Source: Phallusia mammillata
Lineage: Eukaryota
Direction: 5' to 3'
Length of the DNA: 64,000 nucleotides
Assembly (NCBI GenBank): GCA_965637545.1
Contig: OZ281494.1
Coordinates: forward strand, 4,650,001 to 4,714,000
Part shown: piece after piece, positions 1 through 11,967 of the stretch
Layout of the letters: each line of letters begins with the position of its first letter
Numbering within the stretch: position 1 is the first letter of the stretch
Translations under genes and position numbers: made by a program
Notes under the pieces: generated by a model
Told to the model about the DNA's origin: nothing
The model's database searches: none
What the model saw: only the letters and a program-made list of their open reading frames with translations

Positions 1-616
1 CTTAGCAGTCACTAAATGTCGCAACTTACCTGTATCGTAAAGATTGAAATTAGCATTTGATCGGTGTATTGGCTGAAGAAGTTCGAGTTTATCAAACTCA
101 TTCTTAATGATTTTTGATCTGAAATAAACAAGCATTTTTTTACTTGTAATTTGTGCTTTCTCTTACCATCCTGCCAAAACAATAAAAGATATGTTAAATA
201 CTCCTATGCAAAGAAACACTTTAGAAATCCGAAATAAATTACAGATGTCAAACATTTTTCACAAATCTAACGATCCCAAAGGATTCGTACCACAAGAAAA
301 AAAAAAAAAAAAGACAAAAGGGAAAGAATTACTAATTGACCTTAACACGGTTCTTATTTGAAAATCCCATAAAAGATAAAAAACAAACCGAAAATATTTA
401 CAGTTGATCATTTTCGAGTTGCTGGAATTCTGCCCAGGTTCTGTCCGTGTTCGGAGTGTAATAATGTTCAACAAGCAGACGATGGACGAAAACATATTGT
501 TCCTAAAATGAAGAATACATATATATATTTAGTGCCCACTATCAAAACTAACAATGCCATAACAGATCAAAAACCCCAGTAATTTTGATTTTATTTCAGT
601 GACCCCCCCTTGTGTT

Positions 617-796
617 CAGTACTGGGATTCAGCCGGTTCGCACCGGTTCTATGGAACCGTCTCACGAAATTGTATGAGATCAGCGAACCGGTTAGCATTA
701 CTGCTTGCTGTCAATAGACTTTTTGTAACAGAACCGATTGAAAAATACGACTTTTGTGATAAAACCGGCGGACAAAAAAATTGAATCCCATCCCTG
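617..796. mobile_element. hAT-type MITE, 180 bp
   Basis: Termini CAGTACTGGGATTCA and TGAATCCCATCCCTG (imperfect TIR). Perfect 8-bp TSD CTTGTGTT at 609-616 and 797-804. Internal AACCGG/CCGGTT subterminal motifs. Confidence 0.9.
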
Positions 797-1940
797 CTTG
801 TGTTGTAAAAGCATACAAGACCCTACAAAGTCAGCTCACTATTAAGGTGAAAACAAAAGCAAACTGGTTTAATTTGGAACGGCGTAACTTTGCTTCAACT
901 ATTTAAAACGCGCAAGAAATAACCACGTGGTGACCTACACCCATCATAGGTTAGTGCCGACCATTAACGCATTATCGTAGTCGGCCACGATGTGATTTGT
1001 TTGCAGATATATTGATCCCTCATATTGTCAGGCATAAACTTGTCAAAACTTTTAGAATAGACTATACTTCGTTATTGCATGACTTGGAGCTACTAGCAAA
1101 GCACATACTGATATAAACTTGTTAACTTTAAAAAGCTTGTGTTTTATTACTTATAACTTTCCTTGCTTAGGTAAATAAGATCTCTATGATTTTACCAAAC
1201 TTTGAATCATGTCTGATCGAGTGTCTCTCATTTTCATCGTCGCCCGCATAACATTCACTTGGTCTGTGTCCGACATCTCATTGATGAGAACATCCATTGC
1301 TATGTAGGTGCCCGTCCGACCTGCTCCGGCACTAAAACGAAACACATAGTCAAAAATGGCGTCAGGCAAAACATGTTGACATGAAATTAAGGCCAAATGG
1401 TAAAGCAGATGTCATTATTGAAAACCACTCATATCAAGACTCTTTGCTCATTATATTTCTTAGTGGAAAACACTTCTGCTTATTACACAACGTAAGATAA
1501 AGCAATCAGTAAAAAAAATTCCAGAGGCGATCAAGATTGCGAAAATGGGTTCGTTTACTGTTTAAGAATATAATCATCATCAACACGGCACTACCTGCAG
1601 TGTACAACTATTGGGTTTCCGTCTTTAAGTTCCTCAACCATGTGACGTAGATACATCATGTTTGACGTCACATCTGGGATTCCGTGATCGGGCCAAGATG
1701 TGAAATGCAGTTGGTAGATTGTTCGTTGCATCTAGAGTCAAGAAAATGTTGCAACTATTTTGGATATGGCGGAAGTTGTATCACAATGCACGATTTTCCT
1801 GATATGATGACATCGATTGTGCAACAGTAAGGTTAAAAAACACAGTTTTAAGTTAAAAGCACAGAGGAATTTGAAAAGCATTAGTAGGACCACATAGACA
1901 TACACTTTCCAACCTTTTTTAATAAGTAAGAAGTTTATTG

Positions 1941-1956
1941 ATTCTATTTGAATGAG
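1941..1956 (+). other. Spliced-leader-like 16-mer (15/16 match), antisense to a PTP intron
   Basis: ATTCTATTTGAATGAG versus SL ATTCTATTTGAATAAG. Lies 25 nt into the intron after exon 2110-1982. Not followed by GT. Confidence 0.7.
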
Positions 1957-4900
1957 TAGTAAAATTTACAGGATGACTTACGTTGTGGCAGGATAGCGTC
2001 ATTTTTCTTCTAATAATTCCACTCATATGATACTCATAATGTGTTTCAATACAGAATCCACCAAAGTTTAAAGTTTCAGCACAATCAGGCCAATACTTGG
2101 AACATACTGTCTGCAAATCAAAGACGAAAATCTTTATTGGTCCATATAACACATCAAATTGATATGTCTACAGTATTCCAACACTCATATTTAACTGCAT
2201 TGAAAATGTTGAACTACTATACAAGGTTGCATATATTGCTTGTTAAAGATAAGGGTCAAACAGGTTTGAAAGAAGGACTTTTCGGGTCGATCCGAGTTCG
2301 ATCTTACGTTTGAATGTTGTAAGCTTATTCAGGCCAGACATTCGGCTACATTTGTGTTGTATGTGTACCTCTGACTTTGAGGTATGTTTTTGGCTTTTTG
2401 TAATGGATTTGTACCAAGTTTTTGACCTGTATAAGTGGTTCCATGTCTGTTTAAACAGTAAAACATTTTTGGGTCTCACCTTTCCTGATTCCACTAGGTT
2501 TGTGAGCATAACAACTAATGTTGTGCCGTTTTCCCAAATCATTCTCCAAAAATCTTCCAGTGTTTCAGGCTTGGGTCCTTGTGCGGCGATGAACTTCCGT
2601 TCTTCATAATAACCCTGACGAAATGACAACAATGTTATACATAGTAGTTTACAACACAAACTGTGCCCAATATCGGTAGTGCCTTTTAAGAATCAATTTA
2701 TTTGTTTGATGTCTTGTAATATCGGCAGGGTGTCTGGCAGCTACGGTTCTGATCATACTGCTTTTCGAATCCCGGTCCATTGTTTTTGTTTTTTACAAAT
2801 TGTTCAAATTGAATAAAAAAGTTTTTCTTGACAAAAACATACCACCTAATTTCTTGCAGAAAAAATATTGCAATACCACACATGTTGTTTATAAATTGTT
2901 AAATGATTATTGTAATAGACTAATAAAAAATCATAGTCTTACAGGAATATACGATGCGTTGATGTAACTGGTTTCTTTGTCTCCGCTGAACACGACTCTC
3001 GAATGATCATCTATTTATTAACAGGAAAATCAGGATTGTTCATTTTTCCGCAAAAAAAACCCGCAAAAAATCACATTTTTTCAGCATAAGTCAAACAACA
3101 AAAACATTCAAACCACACGATATTTAGTTGCTTGTCAAACTGCTATTTCTTGTAGCATTTAAAAAAATAACAACGTGCTTTTCAAAATCTAACATATATG
3201 TTAATTTACTCACATGGGAAAACATGGTTGAATCGGTTTTTCTTCGTGTTGCATTGCATCTTTGCTACTTCTCTGGTTCGTGCACTCGACTTGCTAACAC
3301 GACAGATTTCCTGAAGAACAATCTCATAACATTTTAGGATTAGTCAGTAAAACTTTTTGACATTCACCTCACTGGGTTGTACAGCAAAGTCAAAGAAAGC
3401 AGAAGTAAATTTAGTGGTGTCAAATTTTAATCGAATATTTGGTACGCTCAAAAAATGTATCAAATTAGCTAGTGTTGCACATAAGGCAGATATGCTGCAA
3501 GGCATGTTTATAATTTAACAAGATATAAAAATCTTAAAAGGGGCAAAATAGATATTTGCGTTAACTGGGAATACCTCATATTGCAGTTCCCATGTTTTAA
3601 ATCCATCCGATGAGTTATCAATGAAGGATTATAGCAAATGTTTATCTTTGCACGATTGTTTCTCCAAGTTTGCCAAATGATCAGCTACATACAAAAAATG
3701 TAGATTTTCTTTACATACAAACTGACCTTGTTTAACACTAAGTTGGAACTTCTACTTACCAATAAAGCTTTCGCTTTGATATTGTCCCTGGTGTTGATTA
3801 TGATGAGAATTATCTTCAGTAATTTCAATCATGTCATCAACCTGCAAAAATAAAATGAAACTTATTAGCCTTCTCTCATACCTTTTGCCTGCAGGTTTAT
3901 TGTCTTATCCGCTTTGTTCTCATGAGATTTGGGATTCTAATCCGACCTCGGTTACTATTCTTAGAAAAAAGTTAGATTGCTCCAACACACAGTGGAGCCT
4001 GGTGTGATGAAATAAATCAAAGTCACCAACTGCCCAAGTCAAAAAACAACACACAAAAAAAAAAACAATTCAGATTGCAATAAACCTTGCATCTCGAGGA
4101 ATTATTGTTAATTACACTGTGAGACGTTGCTCGCCCATCGAGGTTAAAAAATAAAGTAACATAGAAATTTACACTTACGTTTTCATATGTATTCTCTTCG
4201 TCTTGTACAGTGGTCGTAGTGTGACAGTTTCCTAACATAACATTCCTAACATAGCAAAATTCACAAATTGTATGTTAGATTCTTCGGATATAAAACCATA
4301 AACCTACCATATAAGTGACAGCTGCAACATTTTTGATCATTGTTGGTGTGGTTTTGCCTTTAAACGACAAAATGATTCATAAATCTGTATTTACAGCATC
4401 GTACAATATTTAAAATGTTGCACTACTAAACAGATCATCATGGTTGTAATAAAAATTCCTAGGCTTAATAAAAGAAAAATAAAGGCATATATCTCAGCTA
4501 AAATATGCAGTTGTAATTTTTATTTTATGTAAGCGAAAAATTTAGTACGAACCTTCTAAAGAAGAGCAAAGTCAGGGCGATAACAACGATGAGAATCAAA
4601 ACAACCGCAATCAGAGGACCGGTCAAGTTCCAAGGATTGCTCCGTGTTACTGCAAACAAAAAGTTAGCTCTTTTATGTACGATTGTCATTGTTTCACTTT
4701 GTCAACCAACACTGAAGTAGTATTTTTTTTACCTTGGTTTGTGATAAAACCTGAACAAGCAACAGTTGTCGTTTGTTGCGGAAAAGATGTAAAAGATCCG
4801 TAAGCAAGAACCTGAAATATTTAATGTTGGTAGTAAATATAATCTAGCATTAACGTTACATTTAAAGCTGAAGAACTAAAACATTTCTATCATGTTAACT

Positions 4901-7900
4901 GAGTTAAGAAATGTAAACAAAAATAAATTAACCAAACACTGATTAACGTTGGATAAAACTATTTCAAATTATATTTTGCAAAGAGACTTAATAGACATGC
5001 TAAGCAAAAATAAAGATTGACTTGGACATAGGAGTAGAGATACTTTTATGAACAGAAATATTTACGCGCAAATACATTTGAAAGTTACCGAAAAATGTAC
5101 TGTCGACCCAATTTTGTTTTTATCCATCTGAAACCTGAACGTGTTTTGCCTTTGATTGATGTTGAAGTTTTGAAGAGTTTGGCCCTCTACATTGAGCTGT
5201 AAAAAAACACAAGGTTTATTTTAACAAACCCAAAAAGTTGACAGTTTAAAATTGACGATGCCTTTATAGCAGTGTAGTAAAAACCTGGCGGATATATTGG
5301 TTGCCTGGCAAATAATGGCCTAATCTTTTCATTTCTGTTGTATATTAATGTTGTTTGAGTGTTCTTTGAGCAATAGTGAAGATTTAAAGAATAAATGACT
5401 TGATATTTTTTTAAATATGAATCTGTTAGAATCTAGTATGTGCAAAGCGAGTTTAATCTCCGAACAAAATGTATACACAGTCGGACCTGAATTTTGCAGA
5501 ATCCATTTTTAGACGACACGTCCCCTAACATGGTCAAGACGCAATCAGTCTGTTTGATTTTAATCTTGCCTTCTTTCAAAAGATAAGAAACACGGCTCGA
5601 TTGTTGACCACGTTGTACTGGAACTGGAACTTGAATTGTCTTGGATGCAACGACTTCAGGGCAAGCAATCAAAGTTGCTATTGTCTGTAATAAGTGATTT
5701 GAATAGGGAAAAAATACACAGTCATACGCAGATCAAAATGACCCCTAATATTACCAAGCTTTTGATGAATTAAAAAGTAGTTGGCGTAAACAAAAACAGC
5801 GCTGCCATCATTCAATGGAAAAGAACACACCAATATCTCGTTGAGGTTTTGATTAGATACTTTGAACATTTCTATTTTCTATTTTCCAGAAAACCTTACC
5901 TTGACTCGATGAGACACATTTTTAGGCAAACCGTCGGTAATGATGTAGAACTTGTCATTGTAAGGAAATGACTTTCTAATGTTTGTGTTTAAAACTTCCA
6001 CCTGTGATATTTTCTTAATTTAGAAATCCCTTTTAAGTAAAAGCAATTGAACACATATAACTGATATGATTAAATATAATCGTATCATAGCCTTATTTCT
6101 ACATTTTCAAGTCGTTTGTCAAAGAGAACTTTGTGTTATTGCACTTTCAGCTCTACCAAATCACATTTAAATTAATGTTAAATTTTTTTAAAGTTTAAAT
6201 AACTGATAAATAGGGTAGATAGATTTCGAAAGTGAAGTCTCTGCGATGCAGCGATTTAACGTTGCGGATTTGTGACCGTTAAACATCCCCTGTTTAGTGA
6301 ATCTGTATTTGTTTACACTTGTTAGTGAAACACTGTTCAAATAGACACAATAAAACTTACCCTACATTAGTAAAGGAATGGACAAACTACTAGTTTTACA
6401 ACAGTTTGCACCAAGTTCGTCTTTTTAATCAATCAACAACGTAAATAGACGTTACTAAAGAAAACAACGAAGGTAAATTCCCACCTCAACTATGATTCCG
6501 CGTCCGTTTCTTGAATTTGTCGACTGATGTAAATTTCCGGACCAGGACACAACCAGTCCTTCACAGTTGTATATCGCAGTCGCGTTTACTAAACAGAAGG
6601 AAGTAAAAACAAAATCAAAGCTAGAGTAGCTGAAACAGTTTTGTTATTTAACAAATTGCCATAAACCGCAAGTTTTGTGTGAAAATCAATTTGAGAAATT
6701 AAAAAAAAAAAACGTTTTTACTCCAAACTTACGTGTAAACTGACAAGCGTAAAAAGCTGTTGTGTTGACATCAATGTTGCAGTTTGGCGTCCAACCCTAA
6801 CCGTAGTGTAAAGTAGATGGGGAACATGATGACGTTGATCCCAACCAAATATTAACATCTGTAATGTTTGCAGTAAATGTAACCAACTGTTTTAGGAAAG
6901 AGATTTTTGTACATCGCTATTACGATTCTTATTCCTACTTTTGCAACAGATTTCTGCAAATATTTTTGTACTAAACGGTACAAAGAAAAAAAATTATGAA
7001 GAATTTTGAACCATTTAAACCTACCAAACACATGCAAATCTTTTTTAGACATAATGAACCCGTTGTCTTCTTTTACTGGCCATAACTTTGTGTTCAAAGG
7101 ACTCGGAACAGCATAACGATATAATGTCTTGGTTCCTGGTCCACCTGTACTCGATGCGTACAATTCGAACCTGTTTTTCCAACCTAACAAAGAATTGTAA
7201 GCTGTTAGCTGTTATTGCAAGACATAAAGAATGAACTCAACAACGCTTTATGGCAAATGCATTGCCTACGTTTGCAAGAGAAGCGTTATTGAGTTAAAAT
7301 TGTCTGAACAAGCAATAACACAACTGTAAAACAAACACATTTGCCACACCAATTAGAAGGTAAAACAAGCATTTTGCTACACAGATTAGAAAGTAGTAAA
7401 CGCTTGTTTAGAGCGTATTCGAAACACTAAAGATCCAATAGCATAAAAATAGACAAAATATTGTACATTTTGTTGCTTGTTGAAATATATTCTAGGTATG
7501 CATATTGTTGCATGAATCTTACCTTTGCCTTCGGGGCATGGAATTCTAAGTAGAATCAACCATCTTGAATCAGGTTCGCCAGCTGGATCACAGAAATACA
7601 CTGGTATGCTGTTTGCCGAGGAATTGCTGAAACAAAATCATTTTCCTGATATTTTCAAAATTATATTAACTTATTTACTTTTGTGTTTTGAAAAACATGA
7701 GAATGTTTTCTATTGTGTTATTCAGTCAGTTACTATCTTACTGTTAAACATTTGCTGATGGTTGGCGCGTTACAAACAGTACTGACCTTTTGTGCAAGTG
7801 AAAATAGAAATGTGCACCGTTGTACAAGACAGGTTTCCAAACGCTTGGCTGCGTCATCTTTGTCTTAGAATATTTAAATATGTCACGAGTAGAATATACT

Positions 7901-9584
7901 TTGCTGTACATCCACATAATTTGCAAATCTGCATCAAAATGAAAAAAAAGAGACAGCGATGCAAATTTCTTAGTTTTCAAATGATATTCTATTGTTGCAA
8001 AATGATTTTACAGAATACTTTTTTATTGAAATTTCATAGAAATGTTTTTTCACATTTTTGGGGTCAAGTAACCCAATATTGGTAAAATCAACATTATTCA
8101 ACCTTCAGTGAACAGTTTAGTTGCAATCGAGGATACTTGATTAATGCTGCTTTGAAAATCTAATGAAGCAAGTTGTCCTCCTTTCACTTGACAAGATGTT
8201 TGCGCGGATTTCACGTTCTTCTGGTCATTTGAAAGAAAGATCACCTTTTCATTAGAGCTGATGTATCTTGAACATTCTGAAGAAATGAGTGAAAGTGAGC
8301 GGTGGAGTAAAAAGTTTATGCTTTGTAAACAAAATTTGACTATGTTAGTCCAAGTTTTTCACACCAGTATGAGGTTTTAATGTGCATGCAAAAAAATGTT
8401 ACATACGAGTATCTTACCCTGGCCCAGGAGTAGTGGAACAAAGAGAACAAAAATTACTAAAAGCGTGCCCATGTATTTGATGCCCATCGTTGTGATCAGT
8501 GCAAATTGTTATCAAAACCTAACAGCAACAGAACAAAAACCATTGCAAAAAAGCTGGATGTAGGCTTATAAAACATGAAAATAAAACCAAATTGCTCGTT
8601 TACTTTGAATCACGGACTCAGTTTAAACTTTAATACATTACTTTAACAAAAACATAAAACAGTGCGTACTTTAGCTATATTTATCAAACCAGCAACATTA
8701 CTTATAATTGCAACACAGTACCGAAGTAAAACTAAATCTATAACAGACTTTTAATAGCATAGATTTACACCTTACAGCTGATAACTTGACGGAAACAAAA
8801 GTGTGGGGCAGTTGCTGTTTGTCAGAAAGTCATGAGGTTGCCTTTGTCATATTGCCCATTCACCTCTTGGGTACTTCGGTCTTGTGTTTTTCGTTATACT
8901 CCGTTGGCTTTAATTTGGCAACCGTTCGTTTTTGGATTTTCTTGTTTCCTGGACATTGTGTTTCCTCCTTACTGCCCTTACAAGAAAATATCCCAGCAAA
9001 ACTTTGTTTAGTTGAAGAAACCGGTGATAAACAATCATGAATATTTTGAATTACGTATTAATTTGCATTGGACAATTTTGGCTTGTATTCTGATTTTTGC
9101 TGAAGTGAAGTTTTGAGTTGGTCTTATAAAAACGTGTTTACTCACGCTGCGCTTAACTCACTAGCTTTGAGTTTCTCGCATAACGCTTTATATCATGCTG
9201 TAGCTGCAGCGCGTTTCGCCAATATGCACCAATTGTGACATCAACTATTCAAGGCAAAATAGGTTTAACTCTGCCAAAATCAAATGCACTAGCTTTTTAC
9301 TCAAAATAGGTTAAGAGTTATGCAAGAACTAAAAGTTTGGCGCAAACAAGGGCCCGGAGAAAAAGTACATGCAGAGTTGGATTTGACTGGAGGCCAGTTC
9401 AAGGACACAGTAACGTTATTTCCTTGTCGAATGACGCTGGTAACACGAATGTTGGCTCTTTGTTTTGTTTGTGTGCGCTATAGCGTATAGGCAACGTAAC
9501 TCATCCTTTGACTTTCGTTGTTTGAAAACAATTGAAAGTTTTTTCAACAAATTTTCTTTTTCAACATTCAACTTGAGAAATCAC

Positions 9585-9748
9585 AGTACGCCAGGCCCAT
9601 TGAAGGCGCTATACCGAATCAGCCGGTCACCAAGCATTCACCACCATATGGCAAGGCGTAGGCTAGAAAAATCTAGCCTGCGGTGGGATTCGAACCCACG
9701 ACAGGAGTCTTTCCGGGACTTGCGCTCTACCAACTGAGCTACACAGGC
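9585..9748 (-). mobile_element. tRNA-derived SINE (tRNA-like head 9748-9676 plus ~90-bp tail)
   Basis: Head GCCTGTGTAGCTCAGTTGGTAGAGC...GTGGGTTCGAATCCCACCGCAGGC has full acceptor, D and T stems and intact A and B boxes. The anticodon arm is non-canonical (extra base, C33, loop CCGGAAA). Related copies at 15515-15650 and 16942-16980 also share the tail, which argues for a SINE rather than a tRNA gene. Confidence 0.7.
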
Positions 9749-10257
9749 CCAGTGGAGAATCCGCCGAAAGTCGAATCACAAGCACCGTTGCCTGCACTTG
9801 AGAATGTTGAATTAATGCAAATTTGTGGTAGTAGCCAATGATGTATTGTGTTTCATATATCCAGCTTACGTATTGCTTTGTTTTAACGCACACTTTTAAG
9901 AAATTGGGTATTTGGTGACCCATGTTCTGTCTAAATTGAAAATCTTTTTTTTACTGAGATCTACATATCCTACTACTCTCCAGATCCAAGGTAATTAATA
10001 ATATAAATTTTTGTGTCCTATTAATCGATCTTGACTAATTCTGCGCAGGATTTATGGTGCTAGTTCAATTCTAGCACCATAAGTAATTTTTGCTAATTTC
10101 TTGCCATATTTCGCCCTCACATTAACTTTTAGAGACCGGTTTAAGTTGCAAGGTTTTCTTAAGCTTTTTTTCAGTCGTGTTTGGCAGTTGGTAACATTTT
10201 ATTCGTTTTTTTTTTTTTTTTCAACAATGTGTAAGTTGCATTGATATTAGTGTAGAC

Positions 10258-11422
10258 CAGGGGTGTCCAACACGTGGCACGCAGAGCGTGTGAAAATGGC
10301 ACGCGAGCTTTTGCACATTCAGATAGTAAACATTATAATTTTTCACGCAATTAATTTTGTTTCTATTGATTCTTCTTGGTCTTTATTCTAACTTCTGTAA
10401 AGATTACCAGTGGTAAAGTTACACAACCCACTAATTGGATTGTTCGTTTTTTACAAAATTTAAAGCCTCCTTGCCATAGGCGTAGAGTTTTAAAAAAATG
10501 CCAGATGTGCGACTTTTGATCTATAGCGCCGATACCTATACCATGTGCAGTATATATGTACCCGTACGATACTTCGGCGGTATGCGACTATATACCAAAA
10601 CCTTTTCTGTGTTTTAGCCTGTAGTTTCAGTCACATTATTTTGTAAATAGTCACTTGATACATTTCTTTGTTTGGTTGGGGTGTTTGCTGTGCGTCTAAT
10701 AACGTATGCACATACCGAAAAGACGATTTGCCGAATCATTTTAACAACGATTTAGTTTTTAAAGAACTTGTTACACAGGAAATAAAAGTAAACCCAATTC
10801 ACGTTTCAAATATAGCTGACCGTGTATTGTTGACGCCTAAACTTAGGTCATCTTGAATCAAGTTTGGGCCGTTGCAGTGCTTTACAAACGGACATTGAAC
10901 ACGGCTTAGGAATCGGTAATGCAAACCTACAACATCTAAAAGCGACTATAAACCCCTTGCATTGTTTAATGTCGGCCCATGGAATTTAATAACAAAAAAT
11001 TACAATTATTTTTATTTCAGAAAGTTATTGCGCCACATAATACTAAAACGTTAGTGAACGTGCCATGTTTATGTCGCAATAAAATGCCCGTTTATTTCGA
11101 AACAATTGTAATTGTTGCATTTCAACCGATGAGCTGTTCAATTAATTACGTGACTACAAACGCATTTGTGTTTAGTTGGAAAAATATTTTAAACCGACGT
11201 AACTTGAACAAAGATAAGTTTTTGACGCACACAAAGTACTCCAGTGTCCCATTTTTTTCTAACCGTTTAGTAGGATTCTACATATTGGCCAAATATTCGG
11301 ATTGATATCCCGTCCCGTTAAGACGTTTAAGACATGGTTTGGAAAAAGTACCAAAGGCTGGCACGCGAGTATATTTTGAAACCAAAATTGGCACGGCGGT
11401 GTGTTCGAGTTGGACACCCCTG
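10258..11422. mobile_element. hAT (Charlie-like) non-autonomous DNA transposon, 1165 bp
   Basis: Perfect 14-bp TIR CAGGGGTGTCCAAC / GTTGGACACCCCTG. Perfect TSD GTGTAGAC at 10250-10257 and 11423-11430. No intact transposase ORF. Confidence 0.95.
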
Positions 11423-11967
11423 GTGTAGACTATGTTTCGCACAAAATCTTTACAAATTCACGAAACTATCATGAAGCCGGATAATGTACGAACATTAGGC
11501 ACAAATAGTGTAAGACTAACGCCTTGCTACTTTAGACACCTTTACTACAAGGCATTATGTAATAAAATTGACGTATTGAGTAATAAGCATTTTCTATACT
11601 ATTAATCATCTTAATATTTACAAAAAATGCTTTGCAAATCACCATAAATGTGATTACTGACGTGTTTGTGTTTATGGTTTCTGACGAGCAAAGCTGAATT
11701 TCCGTTATCGCTTGCAACAGACAACACTCTCGCGTTGAAGGAAATACGATACTAAACGAGCGAAGCGACGCGTTATAAATTGGTTGTTTTTTATTCATGC
11801 TACTGAGAAGGCTACATTAACAAACAGAATCCGTAAAAGGGAATGTAATCGTTTTTTACGTTTTCCACCAGTTAAGGCGGTAGTTCAAGAGGTCGCCTTT
11901 TTCGCAGCAAGATTGCAAGCTGTTTGTGAAAACTGTTGATTGTCTTCAAAATCCCACGTCAGTACCT

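Larger units (their letters stand above)
30..8487 (-). pseudogene. Receptor-type protein tyrosine phosphatase paralog (lectin-like + FN3-like ectodomain, TM, PTP D1; D2 continues off the left edge) with two premature stops
   Basis: Exons match the plus-strand paralog one to one: 8487-8418 (ATG, signal peptide MGIKYMGTLLVIFVLFVPLLLGQ), 8276-8103, 7928-7787, 7626-7523, 7183-7025, 6858-6733, 6598-6495 (approx.), 6001-5900, 5684-5487, 5196-5089, 4811-4733, 4649-4553 (TM), 4357-4308, 4231-4179, 3841-3760, 3684-3575, 3310-3214 (KNRF), 3010-2943, 2614-2480, 2110-1982, 1731-1595 (WPDHG, VVHC), 1331-1196 (SAGAGRTG), 502-402 (QYVFVH), 118-30. In-frame TAG at 6799-6797 (GAG in paralog) and TAA at 3631-3629 (CAA in paralog). 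No frameshift seen in the exons checked. Confidence 0.85.

Noticed and set aside
9676-9748. Functional tRNA-Ser(GGA) gene
   Set aside because: C at position 33, an extra base in the anticodon arm, no long variable arm, and related copies that share a non-tRNA tail; reported as a SINE instead.
10668-11305. ORFs inside the 1165-bp hAT element as a transposase
   Set aside because: Short and low-complexity, with no DDE or hAT dimerisation motif in an open frame.
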